Positions 10,350-24,644 of a stretch of 64,000 nucleotides of DNA are shown here, in pieces. The notes under the pieces were generated by a model. That model did not search any database, was not told where the DNA came from, and saw nothing but the letters and a program-made list of their open reading frames with translations. The position numbers and the translations under genes were made by a program. How positions within the stretch are numbered: position 1 is the first letter of the stretch; every line of letters begins with the position of its first letter. Source of the DNA: Lama glama (taxonomy: Eukaryota); the NCBI GenBank assembly GCA_028534125.1, contig CM052817.1:104224001-104288000 (forward strand), read 5' to 3'.

Positions 10350-11045
10350 GTCTTAGTGTCAGAGAAATGCAAATGAAATCTTGAATGAGGGTCTAGACAT
10401 CATTACTACACACACCATAATGTTTAACATTAAAAAAAATTAAATAGTCACAACTCTAAGTATGTGTGAGAATGTAGAGTAACTAGAATTCTCATGCAGA
10501 ATGATGGGGAGGGGGTGTAAATTGATAAAACCATAGTAAGACAGAATTACAGAATTACCTCGTAGAGGCATATTCGGTGTCCCAGAAATTCCATTTCTGT
10601 ATATGTGTCCGACAGAGAAGAGTCCACACGTCATATGCCACTAAACATAGGTGCACGTGTGCAATGATGCTCTTAGCAGCATTATTATAACCAAATATAC
10701 ATTATAGTCAATGGATCAATATGTTCTAGTCATATGAGGCAGAATATTTTTTTAAAATACCTATAAATACTTACTAAAACGTGGACAAATCTCACAAAAT
10801 GTTAAGTGAAAGAAGCCAGACACTAAAACATACATAATATATGAAATTCGAAAACAGACAAAACCAACCTGTGGCTATTTAGAGTCAGAATGATGGTTAC
10901 CTTTGTCAGGGATGTTAACTGGGTGTTCTACATCGTGACCTAAAAGGTAATTACAGAGTTATGCTAATTTAGTCAACGCAGCAAGGGCTCAACTAAGAAT
11001 TTTCCACTTTATATGTATGATATACCACAATTAAAAAGTTTACAA
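10350..11045 (+). mobile_element. Ancient L1ME-type ORF2 end and 3' UTR
   Basis: cagagaaatgcaaat..., cccagaaattccatttct, aatgttaagtgaaagaagccagacac, gagtcagaatgatggttacctttg. Confidence 0.75.
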
Positions 11046-11462
11046 AGTGTATTTTATACAACTTGTTTTTATTTGCATTCTGAACTTGAAAGCAACTTAA
11101 AAAAAACTCAAAGTACTTTGAAACTAAATACTTTGAGGGGTAAGAAATGCTTTGGGAATGGACTTATAAATTTTAATGATTAATGTTTTATATATTAGAA
11201 ATTTTATTTTATCTCCATGGCTAGTATGCATTTATTAATGTCAAGGTTTCTGTTCACATGTTCTAATTAGCAAGCAAGTAATAGGTTATTAACTAATAAT
11301 TAAACTATATCCCCCAAAATGAGTAGTTAACTCTGAGAGAAAAGGTCTAATAAAGGTCTGTCATGCTTAAACTTCAATCTTGTTCACCTTGTATGTTTTA
11401 CCCAAATATTCATCCTCTGTTTTCACATGAAAATTGCTAGGTATTTCTTTTTTGCCAATGTA

Positions 11463-12545
11463 TTTTTTTTAATTGAAGTATAGTTGATTCAGAGTGTTGT
11501 GTTGGTTTCAGGTGTACAGCATAGTGGGTTCAGTTATACATGTATATAATATTCTTTTTCAGATTATTTTCCATTATAGGTCATTACAAGATATTGAATA
11601 TAGTTCCCTGTGCTGTACAGTAGGTCCTTTTTGGTTATTGATTTTATATATAGTTGTGTGTATCTGCTAATTCCAAGCTCCTAATTTATCCCCTTGCCTT
11701 CTTTCCCCTTTGGTAACCATGAGTTTGTTTCCTATGTCTGTGAGTCTGTTTTTGTTTTATGAATAAGTTCATTCTATATCATTTTTATAGAGTCCAGGTA
11801 TAAGTGATATCAGATGATATTTGTCTTTTTCTGTCTGACTTACTTCACTTAGTATGATGATCTCTAGATCCAACCACGTGGCTGCAAATGGCATTATTTC
11901 ATTCTTTTTATGGCTGAGAAGTATTCCATTGTGCATATATATACCACATCTTTATCCAGTCATCTGTCAATGGACACTTAGGTTGCTTCCATGTTTTGGC
12001 TATTGTAAATAGTGGTTCTGTGAACATTGGGGTACATGTATCTTTTTGAATTAGTGTTTTTGTTTTTTCTGGATATATGCCCAGGAGTAGGATTACTGGA
12101 TCTATGGTGAGTCTGTTTTTAGTTTTGTAAGGAGCCTCCATACTGTTCTCCATAGTGGCTGCACCAAATTGCATTCCCACCAACAGCGTAGGAGGGTTCC
12201 CTTTTCTCCACACCTTCTCTAGCACTTATTATTTGTAGACTTTTAATGATGATCATTCTGACTGGTGTAAGGTGATACCTCATTGTGGTTTTGATTTACA
12301 TTTCTCTAATAATTAGTGATGTTGAGCATCTTTTCATGTGTTTGCTGGCCATCTGTATGTCTTCTTTGGAGAAATGTCTATTTAGGTCTTCTGCCCACTT
12401 TTGATTGGGCTGCTTGTTTTTTTAATATAGAATTGTATGAGCAGTTTGTATATTTTGGAAATTAACCCCTTGTCGGTTGCATCATTTGCAGGTATTTTCT
12501 CTCATTCTGTAGGTTTTCTTTTCATTTTGTTTGTGGTTTCCTTTC
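11463..12545 (-). mobile_element. Cetartiodactyl-type L1, 5'-truncated (3' UTR plus ORF2 C-terminus)
   Basis: T-tail then aattgaagtatagttgatt. ORF 11908-12225 (-) contains L1 ORF2 C-terminal motifs DTCTPMF...LFTIAKTWKQPKCP...WIKMWYIY. Confidence 0.95.
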
Positions 12546-13392
12546 TTAAAGTTCAGTCTCTGAGCTTCTTTGAAAGGGTAACAGATGCAGATTTTCATAG
12601 GTAATTATTTCAATTTGATCTTTTGAACAAAATTCTGGATATACCTCACTTGATCTCATTTCTTTTTTAAAGCATCTTATATTTATGTTGAATACAAAAA
12701 GTGATGTAGCAATCTGTTGATTTAGAAGAATAATTTCCATTGCCAGATAACTATTTCTTCAAGTCTAAGTAAAGATGGAGGTATTCTACTTGGACCTGCA
12801 TAGACCATTCCATGGCTGAGTTGTTGGCAGTCTGAGGAATGAATGTTCTGTATAGGAGGTAAACGTGATGGCCCCTGGGTCCCTAATAAGTGCTACACGT
12901 CTGTGCTTCTGGGCTGAATGGCTTCATGTATGAACAAACTTTCTACTGTTTTTCCTTATTGCTCTTTGCCTTCCCTCTCTTGAATGCAGTATCTGCCAGG
13001 ACATATCGTCAGGTAAATAGAAAAACAGATTTCAAATCTCACAGTCTTTGGTCAAACACTTTCACTTCCTGTGACAAGAAGCTGATCGGTAGTGATGCCA
13101 GTCCTGACATGGGGGACCAAATTCAAGTCCACTGGAGAGCAAGACCAGGAAAGCTCACCTGTGCCTCTGGGACCTGAGCAAACTTGTTGAGGCTTGAGAT
13201 TCTGCAGTTTTGCTCATTGGTACAAGCCATTGTCTCATTATTTCATACTTGTACCCAGCTGACTCATGGAGATAAAGGGGTATCTACGAAAATAAACTTG
13301 GTGTAACTATAAATTATGTGGCTGTTCAATTTCTTTCTCACTAGTTTGTTACATTATGAACTAATTATAAGTGATGGGGGAGAAAAGAACAT

Positions 13393-13560
13393 CAGAGCTT
13401 GGATTTTGAAGTGAAACTTCCTGGGTCTGACATCAATCTCTGGAACCCACTGGCTGGGTCCCTGTGGTCGAGTTTCCATTCTCTCCACCCTCGGTTTCCT
13501 CATCTGAAATATTATACTCACAGTGTCAGAATGATCACAGGAATGCATGTTTGTGAAGTT
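13393..13560 (+). mobile_element. MIR
   Basis: cctcggtttcctcatctgaaat core, with an upstream tRNA-like part. Confidence 0.65.
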
Positions 13561-13764
13561 GTAGGAGACCTTCTTGGATCTCCATGTGCTTTGTTAAAGA
13601 GAGTAAGTAAAACGTCCACAGGAAGTAAGAAAGGGAAAGTCCTTTCTTTGTCCCTGCGCTGTTTTCTTTCACTGTTCTTGTTCTGGGAGAGGCCTGTGCC
13701 CACGAGTCAGAATGTATTGTGTAACACCTGCTGAGATGCTGTGTCCATCCTGCCTCTTCCCTTC

Positions 13765-14100
13765 ACTCGTGCTGCCCCTTCAGTTGGAATGCTCCTTCTC
13801 GCGTCTCATGTCCCAAGGCCAGCCGACCTCGAAAGCTCAGCTCAAATGGACTGACTCCTTTCATTACTCTCTAAATGAGGGTGTGAATTTCTTCCTCCTC
13901 CGAAATTGCAAAGCTTATCATTCCTATTATAGCATTTAAGTTCTTTCTGTCTTGTGTTGTAGCTCCTTGAATATGACATTTCATCCCCTAGACCATAGGT
14001 CTAGGAGACGCTGTGCAAATCTTTCTATATTCCATTTGTGGAGTGCAATTCTTTGCACAAAGTAGATGCTTAACAAGTATTTGTTGAATGGATTAATGAA
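13765..14100 (+). mobile_element. L2 3' end
   Basis: ttggaatgctccttc...aagctcagctcaaatg...gtagatgcttaacaagtatttgttgaatggattaatgaa (L2 tail). Confidence 0.7.
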
Positions 14101-14179
14101 TACTTGATTTAGATATGTTTTACAACTAAACCATATTCTTAAAAATCAAATACTCTAAGAATCTTTGACAGGACAAAAT

Positions 14180-14460
14180 ACAATATAATGTTAAGCAATA
14201 AAAAAGCTTATAAGCAGTGTGACTCCAATTTTCTAAAATAAAGTATCTATCTGTCCATCTGTTTACCTCTTATCTATCTGTCTATCTGTCTATCTATCTA
14301 TCCATCCCTACCTATTCTTTCTGAAAATACTGGAAAGAAACTACCAAGACATTGACAGTATTTATGTCTGCATTATAGAATGCAGGTGATTTAAATTTTC
14401 TTTCTTTTAGTTTTTGATAAAATGTCTACAATCCCAATATATCACCTTTATAATTATAGG
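14180..14460 (+). mobile_element. L1ME4-like 3' UTR fragment with internal (TCTA)n
   Basis: aatgttaagc...aaatactggaaagaaactaccaagacattgacagt; TCTA/TCTG repeat at about 14245-14305. Confidence 0.55.
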
Positions 14461-15901
14461 AGCTTAATATTGCAAAATCATGAATGCCTATTTACAGTAA
14501 AATTGCTTTAGCCTAGAAATATAAGAATACACTATCATCTTTGAATAGTTTAATTTTAGATTAAATAGATTTAAATGAATTGATTTAATAGATTTACATG
14601 CTGGCTTTCAGTGAATAGATCTTAAGACCTATGGGGGTGAGATAGCATATAAGATAGTGTCCATCTCTCTTGCTTAATTCTAAGTGCAACAACTAGTTTG
14701 TAATAAAAACTGGAATGTTCATCTTGGAGAAATAGAAAGTAATTTTCAATAAGACATCGTAAAAGAACTCCTAAACATTTTCCATATAGAACTTTTAATT
14801 ATTGAAAGCAAAGTGTAATTTTAATGTACTTTAAATATGCAGAAAGCAAAAAGCATGTAGAGAGAAATTAAGAAATACCAATGGGGAATTGAAGGCAAGT
14901 TGGCAGGATATAGCTCTTGAATGTTTTTTAAGTGGCTCGTTTTGAAAATGGATTTCATAGTGGTGCACATATTAAGGAATCATAAACACATATTTTGTTG
15001 ATTTGAAGGGAAAGTGTGTGTTATTTCAAGTAAGCAACTAGAAGTGAGGTCAACTGATCTTCCAAAATGTATTTCTAAGAGGTTATTATACAAAGTACAC
15101 TCATCTTGTGCAGCTAAGCAACCCTGGGCCACCATTACTGGGCTCTTCAAAGCCTTATTTTAACACCTTTTTTCAGAAGGACTTGCTTTGAGCCCTGCCA
15201 AGAGGTCCAAATATCTGGCATTTGTCTACTTACAGAATTACTTCATCTTTGACAAAGTTTCTTCTGCTCTATAGCTTTTCTTTGGATAAAACTGTCTTGT
15301 AGTTTACTTGATGGACTGAATTAGCCTTTGTTGGGGAGGGATTTTCCTCTAAAATAGTGTTTAAAAAAAGTTTGTTGAAAGAAAATGTGGAAAGCAACCA
15401 CTCCACGGCAATAAAATGGAAGCAAAGGAGCTGCTTGCTCAGTGAAGAATCTCTGTTGATGTGTGTCATTTGGTATTAAAAGGAGAGTTCATCACTCTTC
15501 ATGAACTTCTTTATTTAGCTGAAATATCTATTTACTGTAGTTATGAGAATACACTACAGAGACATTTGAAATTCAAACACTATCAAATCAAACACCACTA
15601 ATCCAACACCCAGGTGTTCACAGAACTGACCAATGGATGAATTAAACACGCTCACCAGGCTTTCTGTGTGTTTTGGGAAACCTAGCTGCCAGAGACATTC
15701 TGGTAAAGTCCTGCAGGCTGGTACACCTCACTATGTAATAGCCAATGGAAACTTATATTTTGTTTAGTACAGAAAATTGGTTTAAAATGAAAAATTCAGT
15801 GTTGTTGTTGTATTCTTGCTTATAAGGTGTGGGAGGTTCAAAGCACCTTTCCAAGCATTCAAGATTCTTGAGAATTTTTTCTCAACTTAAAAGTATATTA
15901 G

Positions 15902-16358
15902 TACAATGGAATACTACTCAGTCATAAAAAGAACAAAATAGTGCCATTTGCTGCAACATGGGTAGACCTGCAGATCATCATTCTAAGTGAAATAAACCAG
16001 AAAGAGAAAGAAAAATACCATATGATATCACTTATATGTGGAATCTGGGGGAAAAAAAGACAAACAAAATTATATACAAAACAGAAACAGACTCACAGAC
16101 ACAGAAAACAAATTTATGGTTACCAGGAGAAAGGAGATGGGGAGGGATAAATTGGAAGTTTGAGATTTGCAGATACTAACTACTGTGTATAAAATAAACA
16201 ACAAGTTTCATCTGTATAGCACAGGAAACTATGAAGTATCTTGAAGTAACCTATAATGAAAAGGAATACATGTGTATGTATGTATGACTGAAACATTACA
16301 GTGTACACTAGAAATTGACACAATACTGTAAACTGACTATACTTCAGTTAAAAAATAA
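15902..16358 (+). mobile_element. Camelid-type L1 3' end
   Basis: ORF 15941-16150 reads PFAATWVDLQIIILSEINQKEKEKYHMISLICG (L1 ORF2 C-terminus); the element ends aactgactatacttcag plus A-tail. Confidence 0.95.
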
Positions 16359-16375
16359 AACTTAAGAGAAGTGTA

Positions 16376-16606
16376 TTAGGAGCTAGGGATTAACATATAA
16401 ACACTATAGATAAATAACAAGGACCTCCTGCACAGCACAGGGACCTATATCCAGTATCTTGTAATAACCTATAATGGAAAGGAATCTGAAAAAAGAATGT
16501 GTGTGTGTGTGTATGTGTGTGTGTGTAACTGAATTATTTAGCTGTGCACCTAAAACTACATAGCATTGTAAATCAACTACACTTCAATAAAAAATTTTAA
16601 ATTTTT
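16376..16606 (+). mobile_element. Older cetartiodactyl L1 3' end with internal (TG)n
   Basis: aacaaggacctcctgcacagcacaggg...cattgtaaatcaactacacttcaataaaaaa. Confidence 0.9.
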
Positions 16607-17974
16607 AAAAAGTATATTGTCTAATTTAGAAGATTGAAAGAAAGAAGTCACATTTTCCTCCAAAAGTTTAATTCTGATTTTCCCAAGAATTAAACAGTTC
16701 TGATAAATCAAAAATTGATTTTTTTTCTTTATCATGGTATCATTTTTATTTTTGTATCTTATTTTATCCAACACAGCTGTAATATTCTGAGAAAAAATAT
16801 TTCACCACTGAATTACCCTTGAAATATGTTCTTACTCTTTCTTACCATATTAAATATAATTATATTGTCTTACTTTGCTCTGTTAACATTGAGTCATTAT
16901 GAGAGGGCTCTAGTGGTGGTCAAATTGTTTACAAACACCCACATCCATGACGAGTCTCAGTTTTTAGAATTCACCATGTAGTGCCCTTGGATTAAAGGCA
17001 AAAAATAGAGCAGAAATACAAACTTCTGGATTTACATCCTTTCTTTTGAGCTCATGACTTAAGTCAGCCCCAAGGTAGACTCATAAACATCTTAAGTCTG
17101 AAACCATGAGAGGATTTTCAGTGTTATCCTTAGGCAAGATTAAACTTAAGCTCTTGCAACTGAATGAAGGTCTCCTCAATTTCCAAACATCTTCAGGGGA
17201 ATTAGTTCCTATCGCAATTCATGTCATCCTGTGCTGTTTAAGAACATTTTTATCAGGCTATATTTTCTTTTTCTGCTCATTTAAATTTCTTATTCAGTAT
17301 CTTAAATTGTTTTAGCCTCACTTTGCTGTCCTTAGAAACAAGACATTTGCTATCAGTCTGTTTGGAGAACAGTGCTTTGATATAAACCAAGATTTGAACT
17401 TGCTAAACCTTTTCAAATCATTTTGGTATTCAAATTTGACATTATTAAAACTTTACAAGTTGTATTTTCTAAATTGTAGCCAGTTCAGTGTTTTTGGTTG
17501 AATCCTTTTGACTTCTCAGGTGTTCTTCGTTTATAAGATGTTCTTTCATTGTTCAGCTCACACTAATTAAGTCTGCTCAGTCCTGGAAATTCAAACATAA
17601 AGCACAGAGACATGATTATCCTTAAGACTTATTTTTCCAAGAAGACTCAGGAACTCATTTCACTGAACATATTCCAAAATTTCAATTAAAATTTGAGATT
17701 ATGGCAAAAATACTTCCAAATCCAGCATCCCTCACCAACCAGGAGAGTTCTTACAGACTAATTCTTGCAGGAAGGTGAACAAATCCATGGGTATGCTTGT
17801 TCATACACACGAACTGTGTTAAGTCCACGTTCCCGGCTGTGTGTTCATGCTGAGTAAAGAAAGCAGAGCTTGGCCTCAGACCATTTCTAACTACACTGTC
17901 TACCATTTCCTCACTGATCTGGGAACCACAAAGTGATTCTATCTTTGAATACCGTCCCTACGATGGTCTTACGA

Positions 17975-18110
17975 ATGTGGTTATCTCATTTTAAGATAAT
18001 CCTGATAATCTTACAAAGAAGCCCATGAAAAATTCATCATTATCCTCATATTGAAGGTAAAGATACGCAATTATGAAGATTTAAGTTTTTACCAAGATCA
18101 CGCTCCATGA
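17975..18110 (-). mobile_element. Degenerate MIR
   Basis: ttatctcatttt...attatcctcatattgaaggtaaagat...ttaagtttttaccaagatcac. Confidence 0.45.
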
Positions 18111-19627
18111 AGAGCAGATCAGATTGAGTGATGGTCTTTTTCTACATGACGCATCTGTGTTCCTGTAGATTCCTAGCTCTAATGTCATCCACTGACTATT
18201 AAATGCCATTCAAACAGAGGGGTCCTTAAAACATGATGCTAAAATCAGTTTCCCAGTTCAAGAGACTGGTTAAAATATTTCTGGATATCTTGAGTTACCA
18301 AAACATTTTAGCAAGCTCTCTTGAAAATAAATACATTGATATAATAGAATTCACGTCTCAACTGTATACAGTTCATTAGACTGAGCTATATAATTGGGTG
18401 TAATGATAGCAAAAATGGAAGTCCTTTAAAATATATCTTTTAGAAATTTTTAAAAAATTAAGTTAACCTATTTATTTCTAACTATAATTTCTGTTCGTTG
18501 TTCAAAATTGGAGAAAATAAAGGAAAATATACTGAAAGAAAGATGTACATATGCATAAACTTTCCAGTTCAAGACATTCTCATTTTTATATCCTTCTCAA
18601 TCAAATAGGTAAAACATCTTTTTGGCTAATTTGTAATTTTCAGTACAATATTTTGAATGTTTTATATTTTACTTCTTTTTTTTGAGAATTATGTTTGTAT
18701 CCATTTTCCTATTGTGTTGTTAATTGTTTTCTTAATGAAAGTATTTACTCCTACCCTTCTTGAAGGACATCTTTTTGTTTGTTTGTTTGTTTTAACTCTG
18801 ACCAGATCTAACATCTTTCTCCAGGATTTTCACAGCAGAGTTTAAGCAAACAAAAACTACTTTACTCTTCAAATGAAATTCAATCCATAATAGCATTCCT
18901 GAGTCAGTCATAACTCTCTGGATTTCTGCTCATAATTTTAAGAAGAAATCAATATCATCTCATGTGTCAACATAGTTTCTTAAGTAAAAAGGAAACAGCC
19001 TTTGCTAAAGGAATGTTTCTGACCTTGCAACAGTATATCTCCCTATGGGAAAAAACAAAGAACAAACTTCTGTTAGAAACAATTTAATTTCTCATGAGTT
19101 CATACTACAGGAGAGCGTATTTATTGAGGGCAAACCATTATAAACATACCTGCACAAAACTCACACTGATGGAGAAACACATGTAAATTGATGCCAAAAA
19201 GTATTTTATTTTTTTCACAGAGCTTACCTTCAACAACTAATACATTGCTCCTCACTGCTGATTTCTAACCAATTAATTCTCAGTTAACCCACACGTTAGC
19301 AAAAATAAACCCACAACAACTAAATAAATGAATGAATGATAAATAGACTCCCAGCATAAACATTTTTTTGCCAGGAAAGAGGGAAAAAGTTAGGCACATT
19401 CTGATGGGTGAAAACGTCCATAATTATGAAGTAAAGTTGTGTATTTCTGAAGATGCAGTTTTTTTATCACTTCCTCTTTATTGCCACACACTGTCCAAAT
19501 CAAATGTGCTAGATTCTCAAACAAGCTAGATTTTCACATTCTCACATTTTGCCCTCCTTACTTAACACCCTTTTAGTTGATTGCAAGCAACTTTATATTG
19601 ATTTCTTTTAGAGTACATCCTGTAAAA

Positions 19628-20740
19628 GATATAACATAGAGGAGAATGATAAGACAAGCCACAGATTAGCAAAAGACATTTGCAAAAGATGCATCTGATA
19701 AAGGTCTTGTACCCAAAATGTACAAAGAACTCATAAAATTCAACATAATATGAAAATGAACAACCTCATTAAAATATGGGCCAAAGAAACAATACCTCAC
19801 CAAAGAAAACATATAGATGGCAAATAATATTACAAAAGATGTTCAGGATCATGAGTTGCAAATTAAAGCAGTGAGATACTTACCAGAATGGCCAAAACCC
19901 AAAACACTGACAACACCAAATACGGACGAGGATGTGGAGCAACAGGAACTCTCTTTCATTGCTGATGGGAATTCAACGTGGAACAGTTGCTTTGCAAATC
20001 AGTTTGGCAGTTTCTTATAGAACTAAATATACTCTTACCATAAGATCTAGTAATCTTGTTTTTTGGTATTTACCCAAAGGAATTGAAAACATATGCCCAT
20101 GCATAAACCTACACACATATGCTTGTAGCAACTTTATTCATAATTGCCAAAACTTGGAAGCAACCAAGATGTCCTTCAGAAAGTGCATGGATAAATAAAC
20201 TGTAATACAGCCAATGGAATATTATTCAGTGCTAAAAAGAAATGAGCTATCAAGCTATGAAAAGACATGGAATAACCCCAAATGCATATCACTAAGTGAA
20301 AGAAGCCAATCTGAGAAGGTTACACACTGCATGATTCCAGCTATATGAGATTCTGGAAAAGGCAAAACTATGGAGACAGTGAAGGATCTGTGGTTGCTGG
20401 GGTGGAGGACGAGGACGGATGAATTGGGGAAGATTTTTAGGGCAGTGAAATTATTCTATGTGATATTGTAACGGTGACTGTGTATCATTATCCATTTGTC
20501 AAAACTCACAGAATGAATGACACCAAGAATGAACCCTAATGTAAACTCTGGTCTTCCTTTGGGTAATAATGATATATCAGTGTAAGTTCATCAATCGTAA
20601 TGAACGTGATGCTTCTGGTGCAGGACCTGGATGGTGGGAGGCTGTGAGTATGTGGGGGCAGGGGTTGTATGAGAAATCTGTACCTTCTGCTCAATTTTGC
20701 TGTGAACCTAAAATGACTCTAAAAGTCTATGAAAAATAAT
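19628..20740 (+). mobile_element. L1MC1-like 3' portion
   Basis: agacaagccacaga..., gaggatgtggagcaacaggaactctc, tctggaaaaggcaaaactatggagacagt; ends ttttgctgtgaacctaaaatgactctaaaagtcta. Confidence 0.9.
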
Positions 20741-21604
20741 CACACAGAGAAGTTACCTGCAGTTACTTGTCTGATGGTGCCAGAGAGAATTCAGCCCAAT
20801 GAGTGTCTCGTGAGATAATTTCTGTGACTTGTGGGACCATCAGGAAAGCAGTGATTGTATTTCTAGCCATTTGGGGCCATATTTTTAGAACTGCCTTTTC
20901 TCTTAATTCCTTCTACTTGCACTCCCATGTCCTCACACACCTGTGCCCCTGTCTTCTCAGATTCTGGCCTGCCATTGTTCTAAGGAAGACCTCTATTGTG
21001 TTAGAGGGGAATGACTTCTAATTTTGGTGCCGGTTTTCCTTTCCTTGGCACCTAGAAGTAAAGGAGGTCCCTGGCTCTGGGACAGATATATTAGGACCTG
21101 GATCAGTTTATGGAGATTCATCATTTGAAAGACTATGGGAAACTAACATTAAATGAAAAGGTGATTTCTGCTTTCTGCCTGCCCTGGTCCAGCTCCACAG
21201 ACAGTCCCATGTACTGATACACATTTTTCCCAGGAACATAGATAATCCTACTGGACTCTGGCAGTTATTTGGTCTCTGAGCCTCATGGTCTCTCTGAGCA
21301 GTTTACAGCAGATTCAACTCAGATTCTTACAGAGTTTAGTGGGGAGACCTGACTGTCCCAGTGGTCAGAGAACTCATTTCTGTTCTTTATAACCCCCAGT
21401 GAGGTACTAGAATTAAACCTTCCATGCCCACGTTTTTAAAGCAAAAGGTTTTGGGATCTAACCACTGGTTAAGTAGGAAATCAAAGACAGGTCTCTCAGA
21501 GCCAGGCCAACACGGGCTGATCTTACCAGCTGAATTTTTAGGGGTCACAGAACTATTCTGGCAACTCCCTGTTTTAATAAATCAGTTCAATAGACAATGC
21601 GTTC

Positions 21605-22570
21605 TTTTTTTTTTATTAATAGACTATTTTTAGAGCAGTATTAGATTTACAGAAAAATTGAGAAGATAGCAGAGAGGGCTTCCACCTACCTCTCCCACGG
21701 TTTCCCCTATTATTAAAACCAAATTGCACTAATACAGTCCACGTGTTACAATTAATAAACCTTTGTGACCAAAGGCAAGTTCATGTGCCCACTGCACCAT
21801 GAGGCCAAACAAACTGAAATGCCAGAGTTTGGAGCAGAGAAAGGTTGACTGCAGGGCCGAGGAAGGAGGACAGGGTGGCTCATGCCCAAGAAAGCCCCAG
21901 ACTCCCTGAAGGGTTTCCATGAATCATATTTAAAGGCAAGTGGAGGGGGTGGGGTCGCAGGATACGTGATCAGCTCGTGCGCAGTCCTCTGATTGGTTGA
22001 TGTCAAAGGAACAGGGTGGTCAACACAATCAACCCCTGGTCACCAGAAGGTCTGGGAGCCATCATCACATGCACTTCATCATCAAGTAGTTAATTTCTTC
22101 ACTTGGGGGGTGGTTTTCAGCATCTGAAACATTCAAGAAATATACGTGAGATGCTACAATCTGGGTACTTCAGAGAGGAGCTGCAGCAGAGGACGTGGGG
22201 GAGGGTTCTGACCCTGGAAGACCCCACAGGGTCCTGCTCAGTTATAACTGTATTAATATGTTATTATTAACTAAAGTGCATAGTTTATTTAGGTTTTCTT
22301 ACTTTTTCTGATGTTTTTTTCCTGACCTGGGATCCCATGTGGGGTACACATCACATTTAGTGGTCACGTCTCTGTAGGCATCTCTTGGCTCTGACAGTTC
22401 CTCAGGCTGTCCTCACTTCTGATGACCTTGACAGTTTTGAGGTGGACAGTGGGATGCCCTTCTATTGGGTTTTTTTCTGATTTTTTTTCTCATAATTAAA
22501 CTGGGGTTATGGGTTTTGGGGAGAAAGATCACAGAGATAAAGTGTCATTTCACCACATCATATCAAGGAA
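21605..22570 (-). mobile_element. L1MC-type 3' UTR, split by an ERV1 LTR
   Basis: T-tail, atagactatttttagagcagt..., resuming at 22247 with ttattattaactaaagt...ttatgggttttggggagaaagatcacagag. Confidence 0.8.
21764..22246 (-). mobile_element. Cetartiodactyl ERV1-class solo LTR
   Basis: Shares blocks with the LTR at 41352-41991 (gtgatcagctc, gttaa.ttcttc, gaagacccca.agggtcctgctc) and cleanly interrupts the L1MC. Confidence 0.85.
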
Positions 22571-23779
22571 GCATCTGTTCCTTTTTTTTTTTTCAATTTC
22601 AAAGCAACCTAGGAATTTTCTTAATTTCTCTCCTTCCCTCTTCATCCCCCTTTCCACTCTTTTCCTCTCCCATTTGAATCTTCACATGAGATCACAATGA
22701 ACTTTTTTTCTTTAAATGAAACAAAACAAAACAAAACAGTTCCCCTTTAGCCAGCCCACCCCTGCCAAGCATCCATTGATGTTGGGTGGCGATCTGGCCC
22801 CGCCTGTCTCTCCAGATTTATTTTGGCTTCTCTCCCTGCCTCACTTCACCCCAGCCATGCTGTTTGTAAGACCCACCAGCTCAAATTAACTCAGTATAGT
22901 TATCCTGCAATAATGGCTGAAGGGCACTAATCATACCCAGTGTTTATCAGCCTCTAGGGAAGAGTTCACACCCACATGAAACAAAAATGCCAGAAGCAGT
23001 GAAGTAGGACTGGAGTCTGAAAAAAATACAGAGATTTGTCTATCAAGGTTTTTATCATCTGCCAGCTTCACTCATTATTCGTTTATCTCCCCCAGAGTTT
23101 TTGGGTGTTCTTATTTACTAGTTTTCCATATAAACTTCAGAAATGTATCTGTTTCTTAAAGAAAAAACAATAAACACTGCTGGTACTTTGATCAGAATTA
23201 CATTCTATTTATAAAATAATTTGAAATAGTTGATATTTTTATTGTACTTGCCAGAATGTTGTCCGTTTAGTCCCCTTACTCAAGAAAACTAGCCTTCTGA
23301 TTTATTTATCAATTTCACATTTATTATTTTTAAAAAGTAATTTAGATACTTTTTAAAGTTATGAATTTTACTTTCAATCTTTAATCTATATTTTCTCATA
23401 TCTTCTTTAGACATGTTCTGAGATTTTGGAAACTAGTGTTTAATTTATTTATATACATCCTTGTATAATTAAAAATTTTAAAAAATTAAGAAGATAAATT
23501 TACCTCTAAATATAGCCTGATCACTTTCCTTAAGCTTTATTTATAATTTTTTTGATATCATCATTTTCTTAAAAATCTGTATTTTTAAGATTTGCTTCCT
23601 CTTCAGTCAAAAATATTTTTAAAAACAAGTCTTTTTTTAAATAAAGGAACCATTTTTGTTTTAAGAACTATTAATATAATACAAGCTTCTATTTTATTAT
23701 GTTGTTTAAAATAGTATGCCTGTATAATTTCTGATTTGGGGAGTATTTTCAGGCATTCTTAATAGCTTAATATCTGAGT

Positions 23780-24644
23780 TTTTTTTGTTATTTAAAATTT
23801 TTTTTTATTGAAGTGTAGTTTCTTTACAATGTTAGTTTCTCGTGTATGGCAAAGCAATTCAGTTATACATATATAAATGCATGCATTTTTTTCAGATTCT
23901 TTTCCATTTTATGTTATTACAAGAAATTGAATATAGTTCCCTGTGCTATACAGTAGGTCTTTGTTTATCTATTTTATACATAGTACTGTGTGTCTGTTAA
24001 TCCCCAGCTCCTAATTTATCCCTCCCTGCCCCTTCCCCTTTGGTAACCATAGTTTATTTTCTACATCCATGAGTCTGTTTCTGGCTTATAAATAAAATTT
24101 GTATCGTTTTTTTTAGATTCCACATATAAATGATATCATATGATATTTGTCTTTCTCTGTCTGACTTCACAATATGATAATTTCTAGGTCCATCCATGTT
24201 GCTGCAAATAGCATTATTTTATTCTCTTTATGGCTGAATATTATTCCATTCTATAAATATACCACATCTTCTTTATCCAGTCATCTGTTGATGGACATTT
24301 AGGTTGCCTCCATGTCTTGACTACTGTAAATAGTGCTACTATGAACATTGGGGTGCATGTGTCTTTTTGAATTAGAGTTTTCTCCAGATATATGCCCAGG
24401 AGTGGGATTGCTGGATCACACGGTAACTCTACTTTTAGTTTTTTAAGAAACCTCCATACTGTCCTCCATATGGCTGTACCAATTTACATTCCCACCAACA
24501 GTGTAGGAGGAGGGTTCCTTTTTCTCCACACCCTCTCATTTTTTTTTGATGATGACCATTCTGACTGGTGTAAGGTGATACTTTATTGTAGTTTTGATTT
24601 GCATTAGTGATATTGAGCATCTTTTCTTGTGCCTGTTGGCCATC
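23780..24644 (-). mobile_element. Cetartiodactyl-type L1, 5'-truncated
   Basis: Collinear with 11463-12360; TSD-like tctgagt at 23773-23779 and 24645-24651. Confidence 0.95.

Noticed and set aside
15234..15348. Minus-strand exon-like segment (ctattttag ... gtaagt)
   Set aside because: Stops in all three frames and no other support.
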